A stretch of DNA of 64,000 nucleotides from Lama guanicoe (taxonomy: Eukaryota), in NCBI GenBank assembly GCA_013239625.1, contig MU053994.1, forward strand, positions 933,775-997,774, written 5' to 3'. The notes under the pieces are model-generated. The model ran no database searches and was not told the origin of the DNA. It saw nothing but the letters and a program-made list of their open reading frames with translations. Shown piece after piece: positions 26,130 through 40,084 of this stretch (its first letter is position 1; the number at the start of each line of letters is the position of its first letter). The position numbers were made by a program, and so were the translations under genes.

Positions 26130-27660
26130 AAAAAATAACTCAGTGTTGGAGAAAGAAGAGATAAAATTACCTCTTCACAGATTCAATTGTTGTATTCTAA
26201 GAAACCTAATAGAGTCTAGTTTAAAGATAAAAAACTACTATGAGAATTCGGTGAAGTGGCTAGGAGCAAAATAAAAATTTAAAAATTAATTGCATTTCAT
26301 TTTATCATAAGCCTTAGAAAAGGAGAAGGGGGAAAATTTCAGTCTCCGTAGCAACAGAAATCATAACTATTTCATAATAAAGTTAACAAGAAAGACAAAT
26401 CTCTTATATGAAGAGAACTAAAATCTTACTGAGGGTCATAAGATCCAAACAGATTAAAGGACATTGTGTTCTTGATTGGGGAGATTTAATATTATAAAAA
26501 CATCAGTTTAAAAAAAAATGTGTTCAAAGTAATTCCAAGTAGAGTCCCAACAGGATTTTTTAGTGGGGTGGCATTTGATAAAATAATATTTAGGTAGAAG
26601 AGTGAATGCCTGAGAAATCAAGAGAAATATGAGGGGAAAGGGAAGTATGTGCCTTACCAGTGTTATCAGAATATGCTATTTTATATAAAATGGCCACCAT
26701 GATCCCATTTATGATATTCTTGTGTAACGTCCTTCACTTGGGTGTGGGCAGGAGCTGTGTTTCTGACCAATAGAATACAGCAAAGGTGTTTGAATGTATG
26801 TACATGATCATATTAGATAAGATTGTGGTGTCTGTCTTCCTGAGAGACTCTGTCCCTGGCTGGCTTTGAAGAAGCAAGCTTCTATGCTGTGATCTACCCT
26901 ATGGAGAGGTCCACATGGCAAGGAACTGAGGGCAGTCTCCCGCTGACCGAAAGCAACTGAGGCCCTCAGTTTGGCAGCCTGCGAAATGATATCAACAAAA
27001 TGATATCAACAATCAAGTGATCTTGGAAGCAGATCCGTCCCCATTTAAGCTTCAGATGAGACTGTAGCCACCTAACACCTTAATTGAGGCTTTGGAAGAC
27101 CCTGAAACAGAAGACGTAGTTGAGCGGTACCCAGACCCCTGACCCTACATAAACTCTGAGATAATAATTGTGTGATGTTTTAGGTCTCTAAATTTATGGT
27201 AATAGTATCATGTAGCTATGTGTAACTAATACAACTATTAAGTCACTAATTGATTCAATATGACGTTGACTTACAGAGAGACAAATAGGATCATGAAATG
27301 ATAACAAATCCAGAAATAAATTCTAGTATATATGATTTAATATATGAAAAGGGATATTGAGTTTAGTGACAGAAAGCCAGGTTTAAATGATGCTGGTGCT
27401 ACTGCACACATGGAAAAAAAATGGAGCCCTTACTTGAATTATATTAAAACTTCTAGTTGGTTTAAATGCTTAGATGTAAACACAAAACCAAATTCTGTAA
27501 GAAAGTATAGAAATTGTGTGTACAATATAGGGATTCAGAGAGACTTTAACCAAGCTGGGGACTCAGAAGCAATTAAATTAAAAAAATCAATGTATTTGCT
27601 TATAAAATGTTTACAATTATATGGCATAAGTACAATAAAGTCAAGTAAACAGTTATGGTG
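26130..27660 (+). mobile_element. Old L1M ORF2 remnant interrupted by an MLT1 LTR
   Basis: A-rich sequence with tgttcttgattggggagatttaatattataaaa and ccagaaataaattctagtatatatg. Confidence 0.6.
26680..27233 (+). mobile_element. MLT1E/F-like solo LTR
   Basis: ggctttgaagaagcaagct...ccacatggcaaggaactgaggg...taactaataca; imperfect 5-bp TSD gctat/actat. Confidence 0.8.
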
Positions 27661-27834
27661 AGGTGCAGAGCCAGTACCAGACTGTTAACTAACATACTGC
27701 TTTCTTCATTAAGAAAATCTTGTTAGAAAAAAAAATCTATTTACATTCTGATGCAAGCTCCTTTTCATTTTAGATTGATAACAGTTTGCTGACCAGCCCT
27801 GGCCTACTGACCACACTTTGTAAACTACTGCTCT

Positions 27835-27945
27835 GGGGAAGGAGCCAGCACACTTTTTCTGTAAGGGGCCAGATAGTAAATATTTTAGGCTTTGTGGGCC
27901 ATGTGGTCTCTGTTGCATCTACTCGACTCTGCCATTGTCCTGTGA
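27835..27945 (+). mobile_element. MER58A fragment
   Basis: ttttctgtaaggggccagatagtaaatattttaggctttgtgggcca. Confidence 0.8.
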
Positions 27946-30314
27946 AACTCTAAAGTTGACTGAGTTGGAATAAGGAAGGCAACAAGTAGTGAAACCAGGT
28001 CAACTAGGAAAGAGCAAAGATCTAATACAGGGTGACAACGGGAATCAAGAGTAGAGGACAGTGGTAAGCTACTTTGTAATGTGGGAAGGACATTTGTGAA
28101 TGAGTGAGAACCTCAGTGTTATTTGCTTGAAGAACCTGGATAATGGTGATGCCCTCATGGAATTGCAGACTTTAGAAGAAGTTGGTTTGAGACTAATATG
28201 ATGTGTTTAGTTTGAGACACCAGTAGATTTAAAAGCCAGGCCAGCTCTCAGAAGCTGGTTCATTTTAGTCTTCCGCTGGCAGAAGTGGTCCTGGGCAATT
28301 CTTTAGTTTTGGCCATCTCTATTCTTCCTGGCCCATCCCTCCATCCACCATGGTCACAGTTACTTGATCAGGGGAAAGGATCTGACCCTTGGATATTTGC
28401 TTGTTGGCTGGTCAGTAGAACTTGAGATGATCTGGCTTGTAAGATCTGAATGGAGCAGTTCTTTTTTAGGCATTTGAACTTGAGATGTAAGAGAGACAGC
28501 TGGTGTAGGGACAGGAGAAAGAAACATGGGGAGAAATGGCAGGGAAAGGGGAAATCTAAGTCAATGGGAGTGGTGGAGAGCTGAGTGGGACCAGTGAACT
28601 CCTGGCCACTAGACTATGTAGGTTCCTGGACAGATCTACAGCAGCCCATGCTTGTTTTTCCCTTCTGGCCTGGAAGAGTGACTTTTCATGGTTCTGGTGA
28701 GCTATGACCACAGGGGCATGATTCCTTTCCTCCTTATTTCCTCCTCCTTCCTAACAGTAAAGCTCCATGGCTAACCAAGAAGGGTGATTAGGTGGATGAA
28801 GTTATCAGAAAAGCAGATTTGGCGTTAAAAGAGGAGGTTGACGTGAAGATGCAAAGTTGAGAAAAGCCCGATTTGTTCATGTAAGTGGCATGAATTTGTA
28901 AACAGTATTCTTTTCAGCTGCACAGGAAGCCCAGAGTTATAAATGCAGTTGATGCTAAATTGCTTGCTGATAGTAGGTTTAATAGGTGTAGCAAAGCACT
29001 CAGCCCGCAGCACTGATGGAAGCCTGAGTTTCCAGTAAGTCTTGTTTAAGGGATGAAGGTTCTGCTATAGGGTAGGATCAAGTTACTTATTAATCTCCTT
29101 AACAGCAGCTGCTCTGTTTACAAAGTAAGGTTGGCAGTTGTTTTAGTTTATATCCTTCAGAGATGTTTTGAGGACAAACAAGTAACTGCTTTGTATGTTG
29201 TATTTTTCATCAAATGGTCCTGGTCTACAGAGGTGGTAGCTAGCCAGACAATTTTTACAAACAGCTTAGAACAGGCAGCTCTGAGTCGTGGCTCAATGAG
29301 GGCTTTGGGGGGCTTTGATTTGGTCTAGACGACAAATGGAGGTGAAATGCACTTCTCCACATGGTTGGCAACTGGGATCAAAGTCTTTTGAGCTAAGATA
29401 TCAATAGTGAACTCTTCGTGTAAAGCGTGCGAACCATTTTGAGATAAAAATACAGGAAAAAAGAGATGCATAAATGAATATTCTAATAAAATCTGTTCAA
29501 ATAAGCTGTCTACAAAACAATATGTATATACGGTATACCATTTTTTCTAAGTTAAAAAATGCACATAACAAGTCCTGGATGGGGACCCACATCAGAATGT
29601 TAATAGTCACGGTTGGGCGATAGGTGATTCACGGTCTACATTTTCCTTTGTGCTTGCCATTATTTTTCAGGGTTTTTCTTCTCCCCTTACACATAGCATG
29701 AATTACTTTCCTAATTAAGAAAACAGTGAATACTGTTTCAAAAACAATTTTTTTTCCTGGGCATGTTTATATAGTTCTCTTTGGTTTGTCAAAGACGGGA
29801 TGCCTGTGTTTACCCCCTCGTCTCATTTATAACGTGGCAGCTCCTCAGCCTGGTCTATTTTAGCAGTTGGATTAAATTAATGCAGAGCGAAAACACATTC
29901 AACTTGATTTTTAAGTCTTGTCTCCTCAAAATAAAGGGAAATGCCTGTTCCGATTGAGTATTTAAAAAGAAATTTGGGGGCTGCATTTCAAATAAAATAC
30001 TAAGGGAATAATATGATAATTATCCATGTGTCTGCCACCCAGCTTTATCAGGTCTTGGCATTAAGCCTCACTTGTTTTGGGCTTGGATATTTGGATTTTA
30101 AGGAAATATACAAAAAATTACGGTTGATTCTCGTACATCTTCTGTCATGAGTTCAGAGTTTATCAGTTGAGCCTATTTTTACACATTTACTAATATGTAC
30201 ACATCCACAATGACTATAAAGTATTGCCTTAAGATTTTTAAACGTTATGTAAATAAATTATGTTGTGCATATTGTTCTGATGTTTGACATGTTTCTATGT
30301 TAATAGCTGTGGAT

Positions 30315-30482
30315 CAAGGGTTCAGGGGTAAATGAACCATGGCCCATGGGCCAAATCTCGCCAGCCACCTCTTTTTGTAAATAAGCAGCAGAATTGAGTA
30401 GTTGTGAGAGAGACTGTACAGCTTGCAAAGCCTAAAATAATTACTGTCTGGCCCTTTACAGAGAAAGTTTGCTGACCTCTCA
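30315..30482 (-). mobile_element. MER58A
   Basis: ggcccatgggccaaatc...ctgtctggccctttacagagaaagtttgctgacc. Confidence 0.8.
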
Positions 30483-30959
30483 TCTAGTCCATTTTTTGAA
30501 TGCATATATCATTATTTATCCATTTTCCTACCCGTGGACACTCATTTCCTGTTTATTTGTAAGAAGTGATGCTTTGGTGAACATTGGTGTGTATATATAT
30601 ATGTATTTCCTGATCATGTGAGTTGAGAGGGTTTCTAGTGTAGCACTGATCATGAAACAGTTAAGCTTCTAATATATTTTGGTGTGTTTTTCATACTTAG
30701 TCAAAAAATAAAAAAATCTAAGGCAGACATGGCTTTGATAGCTGATAGGTGTGTTATATAGTGGTTTGAGTTAAAGAAGTTATTTTTATTCTTGATTTAA
30801 ATGGTTTTTCTCAAAGTGGATTTTTATTGCTAGAAGAGAGAAAAGTGCTGAGTGATCCACATGGAGCAAAGTAAGACTTACAAATGGTCCTGGCAGCAAC
30901 AAGGGAGTACCGACTGTATGCAGCTCACTGTATTTAGGTCATGGTGATGTTGTTGTCTT

Positions 30960-31180
30960 GTTATTACTAATAGCTGCTACATGATTATTGAGCATTTACT
31001 AAAGGACAAGGATAGTATTAAACACTGCACATGCATTATCTTGTTTCATCTTCATAACGACCTGTTGAGGTAGTAATTACTGCTCCTCATTTTGAGAAGA
31101 GGCAGCTGAGATCCAGAATTTAGTCCAAGGTCATGTGTAAGTGTAAGTGAGGCTTCAAAATGGACCTCTCCACCTGCGCT
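30960..31180. mobile_element. MIR
   Basis: ttattgagcatttact...gaggtagtaattactgctcctcattttgagaagagg. Confidence 0.65.
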
Positions 31181-33189
31181 GGCCCAGTGCTCACTGTCAG
31201 GGGCACAGTTCTCCATGGTAGACCTTTGTAGATGGGCTAGAGGGGACTTTTTGAGAATTCACACTGCCCTGAAGCACAAGTTCTTATTGGTTCCAGCCTT
31301 GGCTTCTATAAGCTGGTCAACGCTTCATACACAGAGAATTCTTGTTTTTCCAGAAAGGTCACAGTTGACAACTTCAGTGGGAGTAGTTATCCCACATGGC
31401 TCTTTTGTAGAAAACTGAGGCCAGGGCCATCTTTTCACATTTTTTCCTGTCCTCCCACCTCAAAACTCCGGTTTCTCAAGTGAGAGTTACAGTGCTTCAC
31501 AGATAGTGGACGCTGAAGACTATCTAAAGGATCCTAATGTCAGGCTTAGGGTTCATCCTGAACATCTGGGCAACTGCCCATTCACTTCCAAAGGTCTGAA
31601 TCTGTAAATGTCTTTTTTCCCTTTACAGTTTGTGGCTGGTGTGGGCAAGACATCAGAATCCCGAGTCTTTCCACTCTCATTAAAAAAAAAAAATCATATG
31701 CCTAAAAGTCTGCAAATTACTGCCCCAAACTGCATGGGTATTATTTCTCCAGCTGCTGTTAAATATGGTCAGGATACGAACTTGTCTCGTATGGCTATAA
31801 GTTCCCAACCACTTAGAACAAGACACAAACCAAGGCATTAAAAACTGCTGGGGATGCAGTTTTTTCTTTGCTTTAAAGAAACGAAGCTGAAAGCAGTGGG
31901 AGTCATCAGGCATTTTCCTATGGAGCTGACACTAGCTTAAATACAGTTATCTAATCCACAAATGGACACACAGATAAAGCTCACTGGCACAATTGCCAAG
32001 TAAAAGTGTCAGCAAGAGTGATCTTGCTTCCTCCCTTGTACTTGTTTGCAGGCAATAATCTGACCAGTCATTCATACTCCCTGTGAATGGCAAAAGGAAT
32101 TCTTGTTCGTATCAGGGTAATTAGCTATCTTAGCGATGATGTAAAGAATTTAAGACATTGGAGGGCACTGGAGAAGGTCTAGTTATAAAAAGGAAGGCCC
32201 TCGCAGGCTGCTAAAATCCTATCCTATAGATGAGCCTCCTTGGACCAATCATACACAAACAGCAGTGATAATAATAAATCATACATTACAAATACAGAGA
32301 TCATTAACATAAAGTATTCCTTAAACTATATTAGTTAACGCACATGTGTTCTAGTTGTACCATCATTCAAACTGGGATACTGTCCTGTCCCAGATCAGTC
32401 AGGTGGCAGAAGGAAGTGCTTTGAACCTTGGGGCCTGTTGACTCGGGGCCTAGCTTCAACGGACCTGTCTAAACCTAGTGTTCCTGTGTAACCATGGCAA
32501 TATTTTTCTGGGGCTGCTGAGTGCCCTCTGCATCAGGTCCCTACAATTGTAAAGTTTAATTAATAAGGATTTTGGAGGATTTGTTTTTTTTAAAGACTCT
32601 ATTTGTAGATGGGGCCACTGGTCAGAGAGAGGAAAAAAAGCTGCATTCAGGTTAAGTCTCAGTTGAACAGAAAGTGCCAAGTTACATTGTCTTTTGTATG
32701 TTAAGGCAGCCCCCCTCAATATCCCCTCTCCAGCAGTTAATGAATGGAGTTTGTCTTTTTTCCCCCCTCTCATTTCTACCTCCTCCAAATCTCCTTTCTT
32801 TATATATGTATCTGTTATATCCACTTTCCTAAGTTATAAGTGCTGGACTTTCGCTTGGCCTTACCTTCACTCTTATCCCATGAATCACCATGCTCCGTTG
32901 ATTCTAATTCTCAAGTAGCTCACACATCGCTTTTCTTCTCCCCATCTCACTGACTCTGTCTTCTCTCTCACCTCTCTTACCATTACACCATTTTCCTATG
33001 TCCCCTACCTCCAGCCTCCTCATTTCATCCCATCTATTCCGTAGAAGTAATCGTTCTAAAACAAAATAATCTGATAAAAACTGGTAGTTCTTTCATGTCA
33101 GCTACAAAACTAAGTTAAATTTGTGGGTATGTGCTGATCGGCCTCATGTAGTAATCACTTACCTGCTTACCTGTCAGCTTTCCATATTT

Positions 33190-33465
33190 ATTCATTGCAT
33201 TTGCTCAAGGAATTTTCTAGGAATGCTGAGTGCATGTTCTATGTCAGTTTCTGGGATTTAGCAGCAAACAGAATGAACAAGCTGCTCGGTTAGGGAGGAA
33301 AATAGACAATAAAAAGAAAACAAATATGACACTTTCAAATTGTGATAAGTTCTCTACAAGAAAGAGTCCATGGGATGGTGGTGTGGGGGCTTACTTGTTA
33401 GAGTGATCCCAGAAAACCTCCCTGAGCAGGTGACACTTGAGCTGACACCTGAAGAATAAGGAGGA
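33190..33465 (-). mobile_element. L2 3' fragment
   Basis: ctccctgagcaggtgacacttgagctgacacctgaagaataag. Confidence 0.65.
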
Positions 33466-34599
33466 TCCATAATTTTGAATTTGGATGATGCAGAATTCAG
33501 TGTGTTTTTTGCTATTTGCTGACCATTGTTAATCTGATCATTCCAGTTATCTGTGCTGAAGTAGATAACTTAGAAGCCAATCGACTGTTTCAGATTGCTG
33601 TCAATTTCCCCCAAATTGACAGCACCACCAGATCTGCCTTCCTTATTATTCTTTTAGCATGAAAAAAACATGAACCTGATTTTTTTAATTTATTTTTAAG
33701 GGAGATATATAAACCGTGCAATAGAAATGGAAAAGGACTGTCTTGGTTAGTTTACACATGAGTGAATAAGAGATGGCCATGATATAAAGCACTCTGGTGT
33801 TAAATATAATTGTGATTGGAATGAGCAAATGAAATTAGGGTGGGCCATTCTGCCATTTCCTGAAATTTGCATGATCCTTTCTTTCTCTCTCATTTTCCTT
33901 ACACCTAACCTTGAAAATTTCTCCACTCATTTGCTTTATCCAAACTGATGTGGCTTCATGGCTTATTCACACATATAATCACTATTTTTACTTTTATGAT
34001 TATATCACCACTAATTTAAAAAATACAGTACTCTGCTGTATAATGACAATAAAAATTTTTGCCATGAAATATAATTGTCAACCAAAAAATTTTCTGTGGC
34101 TGATAAATATCAGTTGTAGAATCAGCTGACATCTAGTCTTGAGTATACAATCTTAAGTCTCTCAGATCCACCTTGTGTGTTTGCCTTTTGATAGTGCCTA
34201 TTAAACATCAATTCAGAGACTTATGGTTATTCTAAACCCATTGTCAATTGACCCTCTTTTTGCATATTGATTTTTTGACACCATCAGCTCTAGATTTAAT
34301 CTGTTGTGTGATATCAGATAGGTCTGAAATTATGAACCTAAGCACTCCTCCCAGAAAAGCCCCGAAGAGCATGGCTTTATCATGTCACTTCCAATTAGCC
34401 TGTGGTCTTTGTTATTGTATCTTTATATCTATGTACTTGTAATCATCTTAAACACACTGAGTTCTGCTTTTTCCAGTTAATGTTACTCAGATGTGGACTT
34501 GCAAATGTCAAAATTGTTGTGTATATTGCTTTGTATTTGAAAAATTAAGCCTTTGTGTTGTGAAAGAAACATAAAGGACTATGAAAATACTTTTGTACA

Positions 34600-35510
34600 G
34601 TTTAAAGAGTAATTAAAAACCAAATGCTTATTGTAGTTAACCTCCCAGGTTAAGAAATAGAATATTGGCAGCACCCCCAGAAGCCTTCTGAGTGACCCTC
34701 TTTATTATGTCTTCCTCCGCCCCCTCCCCTCTGTAGGGAAAACATCTACAGACATATTTGCCACCCCTTGCTTTTCTTAATAGTTGTACCACCTATCTTC
34801 TCTCTCTTTTGTTTTTGCCTATTTTTGAACATTATATAAATTGAATAATAGTGTATTCTGTGACTTCTTTTACTTAATGTTGTATGAGACCCATCCACCT
34901 TGCTGCTTGCAATTATATTTGCTCTTTTCATTGCTGTATAGTATTTTACTGTATGATTGTACCACAAACTATCCATTCTCTTATTGGACATTTGGGTGGT
35001 CCCCACTTTGCTTTTATGAATAATGCTACTATGAACATTCTTTTGCTTCCTGTTGAACATTTGTGAAGATGCAGGTGCATCTTTAACTTAAAAGATACGG
35101 CTAACTTTTTAAAAATTGAGGTAATATTGGTTTATAACATTATATAAGGTTCATGTATATAAACTTATATTTTGACTTCTGAATGTACTACAGCGTACTT
35201 ACCACTAAAAGCTTAGTGTCCATCTGTTACCATACAGTTGGCCCTCTCCCATTTCACTCTCCCACCACCCCCTTCCCCTCTGGTTTTTACTCATATATGG
35301 AGTATATTAAAAAATAAATCAAACCTAGCAAAATACACTGTTTTGAAAAGTAGTTGTAAGTTGGTGACAATTCTAATTATTTTGCATCTTCTCCAGCACC
35401 TGACCTTGTTAAACTTCTCAGTATTTTTCCAATCTGGTGCATGTTTAATAGTATCACCATGCTTTTAATTTGTGTTCCCCTGGTTAATAATGGGGAGTGT
35501 ATATTTTCAT
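34600..35510 (-). mobile_element. Old L1ME fragments with a nested younger L1 3' end (~35105-35285)
   Basis: ggttaagaaatagaatatt, ttatgaataatgctactatgaacattc; attgaggtaatattggtttataacattatataag. Confidence 0.6.
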
Positions 35511-36659
35511 TTGTTGCCCACTCATATCAATTCTGGGATCATATTTCATTTCCCCACAAAAGGCATCATATTTTCCCCCTAAATCCTGTGGTCTGAGAGA
35601 GTTTTTGACTAATAAATTATACTTTTAAGAATTTTTTATAAATGTAATTGCTTGTGTTTATATACAGTATATTTGTATATAGTATTTGCATACGAATAAT
35701 TTGTATACAACACAAAAATATGTAACTGTTAACCAGGTCATTTATCCATCTGACTGTGCTTGTTTCTTTGTTTTTCTGAACTACCTGGAGCCTTGACCTA
35801 GGCACTTAAAAAAAAAAAGTTTCTGAGAATGCTCAGTGAGCCCTCTTTATTACCTTCGAGTCCCCTCAGTGATTTGGAGACCAGGCATCGGACTAGAAAC
35901 TCAGGTTTCTTTCAACCATCATCTATGTGTCTGACAAAGCATTATGTTTGTTACTTTGCCTTAGTTTGCAGAATTGGGAGTTGTGCACTAATTAATATCA
36001 GAAATGCTTTGAATATTTTGCATCTAATTTCTTTTGGGGGTTATTTCCTTGGAATGTATTTCCAAACGTGAAATTATTAAACAGTTTATTTCTTTTAACC
36101 TGGTATCTTATGTTAGGAGATGAACAGATCAAACCATTTACTCACACTCTGTCTCACATATGGCCTTATTTAATGTCTTTTGTTAGTTTAATTTGTAGGC
36201 AGAAGTGGTATCAATTTTTCTTTTAGTTTGACTAAATATTGGATTTAGGGACTTGAGCTTTAAAAAGTCAGTTTATTGAAACTCTGGGACATATTTGCAT
36301 TCTCTCCGAAGAGTATATGATCAGTTCTTTAATTCCTGTATGTTGCACTAAAACAAATGACCAATTTATGAAGTTATTAAAAGAGAGTTGGTCAATAGTG
36401 ATTATTTATAGCTATGAAACCTAACACATAAGTTTAATGACAACTCCTGGAAGAATGTACTTGAAATGTTTCCAGATTTACTTATGCTCATTAGCTGTGG
36501 AGGAAGGCGTTGATTGTATTGATTTCCTGTATTTGAAAGTGTCCTGTATAACTCTTAAGTCATCAACATTCTCATTTTTTTTCTTTCTCTGGGATTGTTA
36601 TCTTTCACCACTAGCTTTAGCTGAATTTGCATAATAGATCTTGTTGTAAGGATCTAATG

Positions 36660-36881
36660 CAGAGATTCTCAACTGCAGGGTGGTTTTGCCCCCAGGGTAT
36701 ATTTGGCAATGTCTGGAAACATTTCCCGTCCTCACAGCCGAAGGAGGAAGATGTGACTGGCATCTGATGGGTGGAGGCCAGCAGTCCTGCTAAACATCCT
36801 ACAACATGCCCGAGATAGCCCCCCACAGCAAAGAAGCATCTGGCCCAAAATGTCAGTATTGCCGAGGCTGAAAAACCCCGC
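36660..36881. mobile_element. MER20 (hAT-Charlie), near full length
   Basis: ttttgcccccaggg...tttggcaatgtctggaaacattt...gctaaacatcctacaa...tggcccaaaatgtc. Confidence 0.9.
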
Positions 36882-37029
36882 TGTAGTATAAATGAGCTTT
36901 TTTTCTTTCCCTGTGATTCCTCCCTAGTCACTGTTACTTCCATGTTTTAGGAGTGAATTATCAGTTCACATTCATGTTCCATGGGGCTCTAATAAGATTG
37001 ATGTTGTTTAATCAGCTTAGTTGGAGAGA

Positions 37030-37178
37030 TTTTATATATATAGATAGATAGATACACATACACATATATATTTTATATACATATCTTTTATAAATTAAAT
37101 ATATACATATATAAATTACATATAAAATACATTTATAAAATATATGCATAGTTTATATTTTATATATACACACACATG
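37030..37178. repeat. Degenerate (TA)n/(CA)n low-complexity tract next to an L1 3' fragment
   Basis: tatatatatagatagatagatacacatacacatatata... Confidence 0.8.
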
Positions 37179-40084
37179 CAATAAAATTCACCAATGTTAA
37201 GTGTAAGATTTGGTGAATTTTGACAAATATGTACAGTGTACAACCACCACTATAATCATGTTTAATATGTAGCTTCAAATATACATTTATTAAATGGTGA
37301 TATATTCCAGGGCAGAAGGAAACTTAACTCAAGTACTAATGAGTAGCTTGTGACTAGTAGGTGGAATGTATATGGTCATTCATGAAGGATAATGCCCTTG
37401 GACTGAGGTCTCAATTTTACCCTGTTTTAATATGAATCTAGTGAGTGCTTTATTTTTACTTGGAGGGTCACGTGTAGACCTCTGAAAGACTGACTTAGAG
37501 GATAGCTCCTGTGTTGTAAAATAGGAAACTTGTATTAGGCTCTATCATAAAGTACTGAGCTTTATTGTCTATAAATTTCTGGATTCCCTTTGCATTTTCT
37601 AGGGTTTTTTTTTTTGTTCATCCACGTTAAAATAAAACTAGCTGTTTGAAAGCAGACAAAGAATATATAGTTCTCTCTTAAAGGATAATTTCCAGAATGT
37701 TGGCTACTTTGGTGGTTGAATTTAACCTCAGTAAGTAGTAGCTGTTGTCTGCGGTAAAGTGAATGGAAACCCTTGCTTACTTTGCTGAACCACATTCTTA
37801 GAGGGGGAGCTCTGCCTTGACCACTAATTGCTGTAATTGGAGTTTGGGAGATGATTTGAGATGCGACTTGGAGTGATAAGTGAGTCTGCGTGCTTGGCTG
37901 GTGTTTTCTCTTTTCCTCTTTAGTTCCCTTTCCAGTCAAGGCGGTATTCATATTCCAGGTTTCATGGGGAGTTTGTTCATGTGTCTCAGAGAAACACAGA
38001 AAAGTTAGGTGGAAAGGTGGTGATCAGTTACTCTTGATTTATATTCATACAATTGTGCTGTAGTGAGACTATAACAGTTCTTGTATAATAGCAGAAAAAT
38101 GAGGTAAGGTTTAGAGCATTGTAACATTTAGGGGGTATTTGTAACTACAGTTTAATACTATAGGCTATGGCTCAGAAAAACTATAGGACTCTTGCTGGTT
38201 TTATTTGTGGGTTTGTTTTAGGCAAACTATCAACAGTACTGAAATGATACTCTGTGAAAAGGAAAAAAAATATACCCACAAATTGAAAATGCTGTGCTTG
38301 CTGGTTTTCCTTTCTTGGTCTTACGTGCCAATCAAGAATTGCTGGAGAAAGAAGTCATGTTGAATAATTCTGCCAATTCCACCATGTAATCTTGGGATCA
38401 TTTGTCATCCCTTATGGTAACCTTGGTATTTCAGAACTCTCATGATGAAAACTGTCTTCCAACTTGAGAAAATCGGGACTGTTTTGGAACAACATTTCAA
38501 ATGCTAAGAAAAGAAGCTTTTTCTGTGGGAATGTTTGTCCTTAGTCCCTTCTTCCTTGGCCTCTTAGCCCGGGGTGCCATCTTACCACTGGCAATTGAGT
38601 TCCAAGAGTGTCTTGTCCAAAAGAAGTGATATTTTGGAATGGCTTTATCGTTGTCTGAAAGACGGCATTATAGAACCATCCCAGATTATTCTTGATGGAC
38701 TAGAGTGTGGGCAAAAATCTCAGGCATTTAAATTCCCCATTTGCCCCTACTTTTCTCTTTTCTTCAATATTTTTACCGTCCCTCTTGACACTGAAAGTGT
38801 TTTGCTAACGGGTTTGTGGTTATTTAACCCCTAGGCTGACACCAGGTTAGCATTGGAAGGATGGATTGGATTTTCTGAGTTCAGAATTTTTGTTTGATGA
38901 TGCTCAAGCCTTTAGTTGGTTAGCCGTATGATTGGCAATGAGCCACTAAGGATCACAATTTGGTGAAAGTACTTACAGAACAGTGCAATACTTTCAACAT
39001 CTAGAGGAGTGAGACAGATTTGGAATCATGCTGTGCTAAACAGATTTGTGTCCTGATATTTTTCATTCATTGATTCAGAATTTTCCCATGTTTTAAAAAA
39101 TTCTTTAAAAATAACATTAAATGGCCATGCATTTTTCAATCCTGTGATTTATTTGTTTAGCAGTTTCCCTGCTATTGGGTTTATATGCTGTTTCTAGTTT
39201 TTCACTAATAGAAGATTGTGATTAGTAGTTTTGCATTTAAATCTTTGGCTTTACATGTTATTACTTGCTTAATCTATCTTTATGGTAGAATTAAATATGA
39301 ATGTTTTCAAATATTAAAAAATTTTGCTAGAAGAGCTTTCAGAAAGGATGTTTGCCAACATCCCCCTGCTAATTGTGTAAGAAAGTGTCAGTTATAGCAC
39401 ACTCTTGCCGTTGATAAAGATTTCTAAAAACTGAAAATTTATAAATTTTTAAAAAATGGTAAATTATATATATGTAAGGTAAAACTGTAAAAATCTATTT
39501 GTATTTTATGAATCGTCTGTTCTTTAATCTGGCCATTTTTCTGTCAGTGGTGTTTTAGTTTTTTATAGAGTGTTTATAGACTAAAGCTATCGATCCATTT
39601 TTTTGTTGTTGTTGCAGATTACGTAATTTGTCATTCCTCTACAATTTGTGAGGTAGGACCATATAAATTATGAATTTGATAAAATGAAAAATTCGTGTAT
39701 AGCTATAATGCTATAGTGTATGTTGGCATAAATGTCCACTTACTTTTCCATGACCCAAGTGGTCATAGTCCTAAGGCATTGTGTCTGAGAACTTCTGGTT
39801 TGTGAGCTGGAATAAAATGTTCCTTTATTGTGTTAAAGTCATGACTGCTAATTGCATAAAGTTGTTAGTCTTTGCTACTTGAGTCGTTGATCAAAGTTTC
39901 CTAATAAATACTGTCTTTTAATTTCTAAGAAAATTTCTCTTTAGTTTTTCAATGTCATGGGCATTGGGAATGGTTCGTGTCTGTTAGCCTGGGCATGAAT
40001 GCCCTAACATACTCCTTGCTTTTAAAGGAGTTTATATTCCAATGGTAGGTGGCATGAAATATACATGGAAATAAAAGGTAGGCT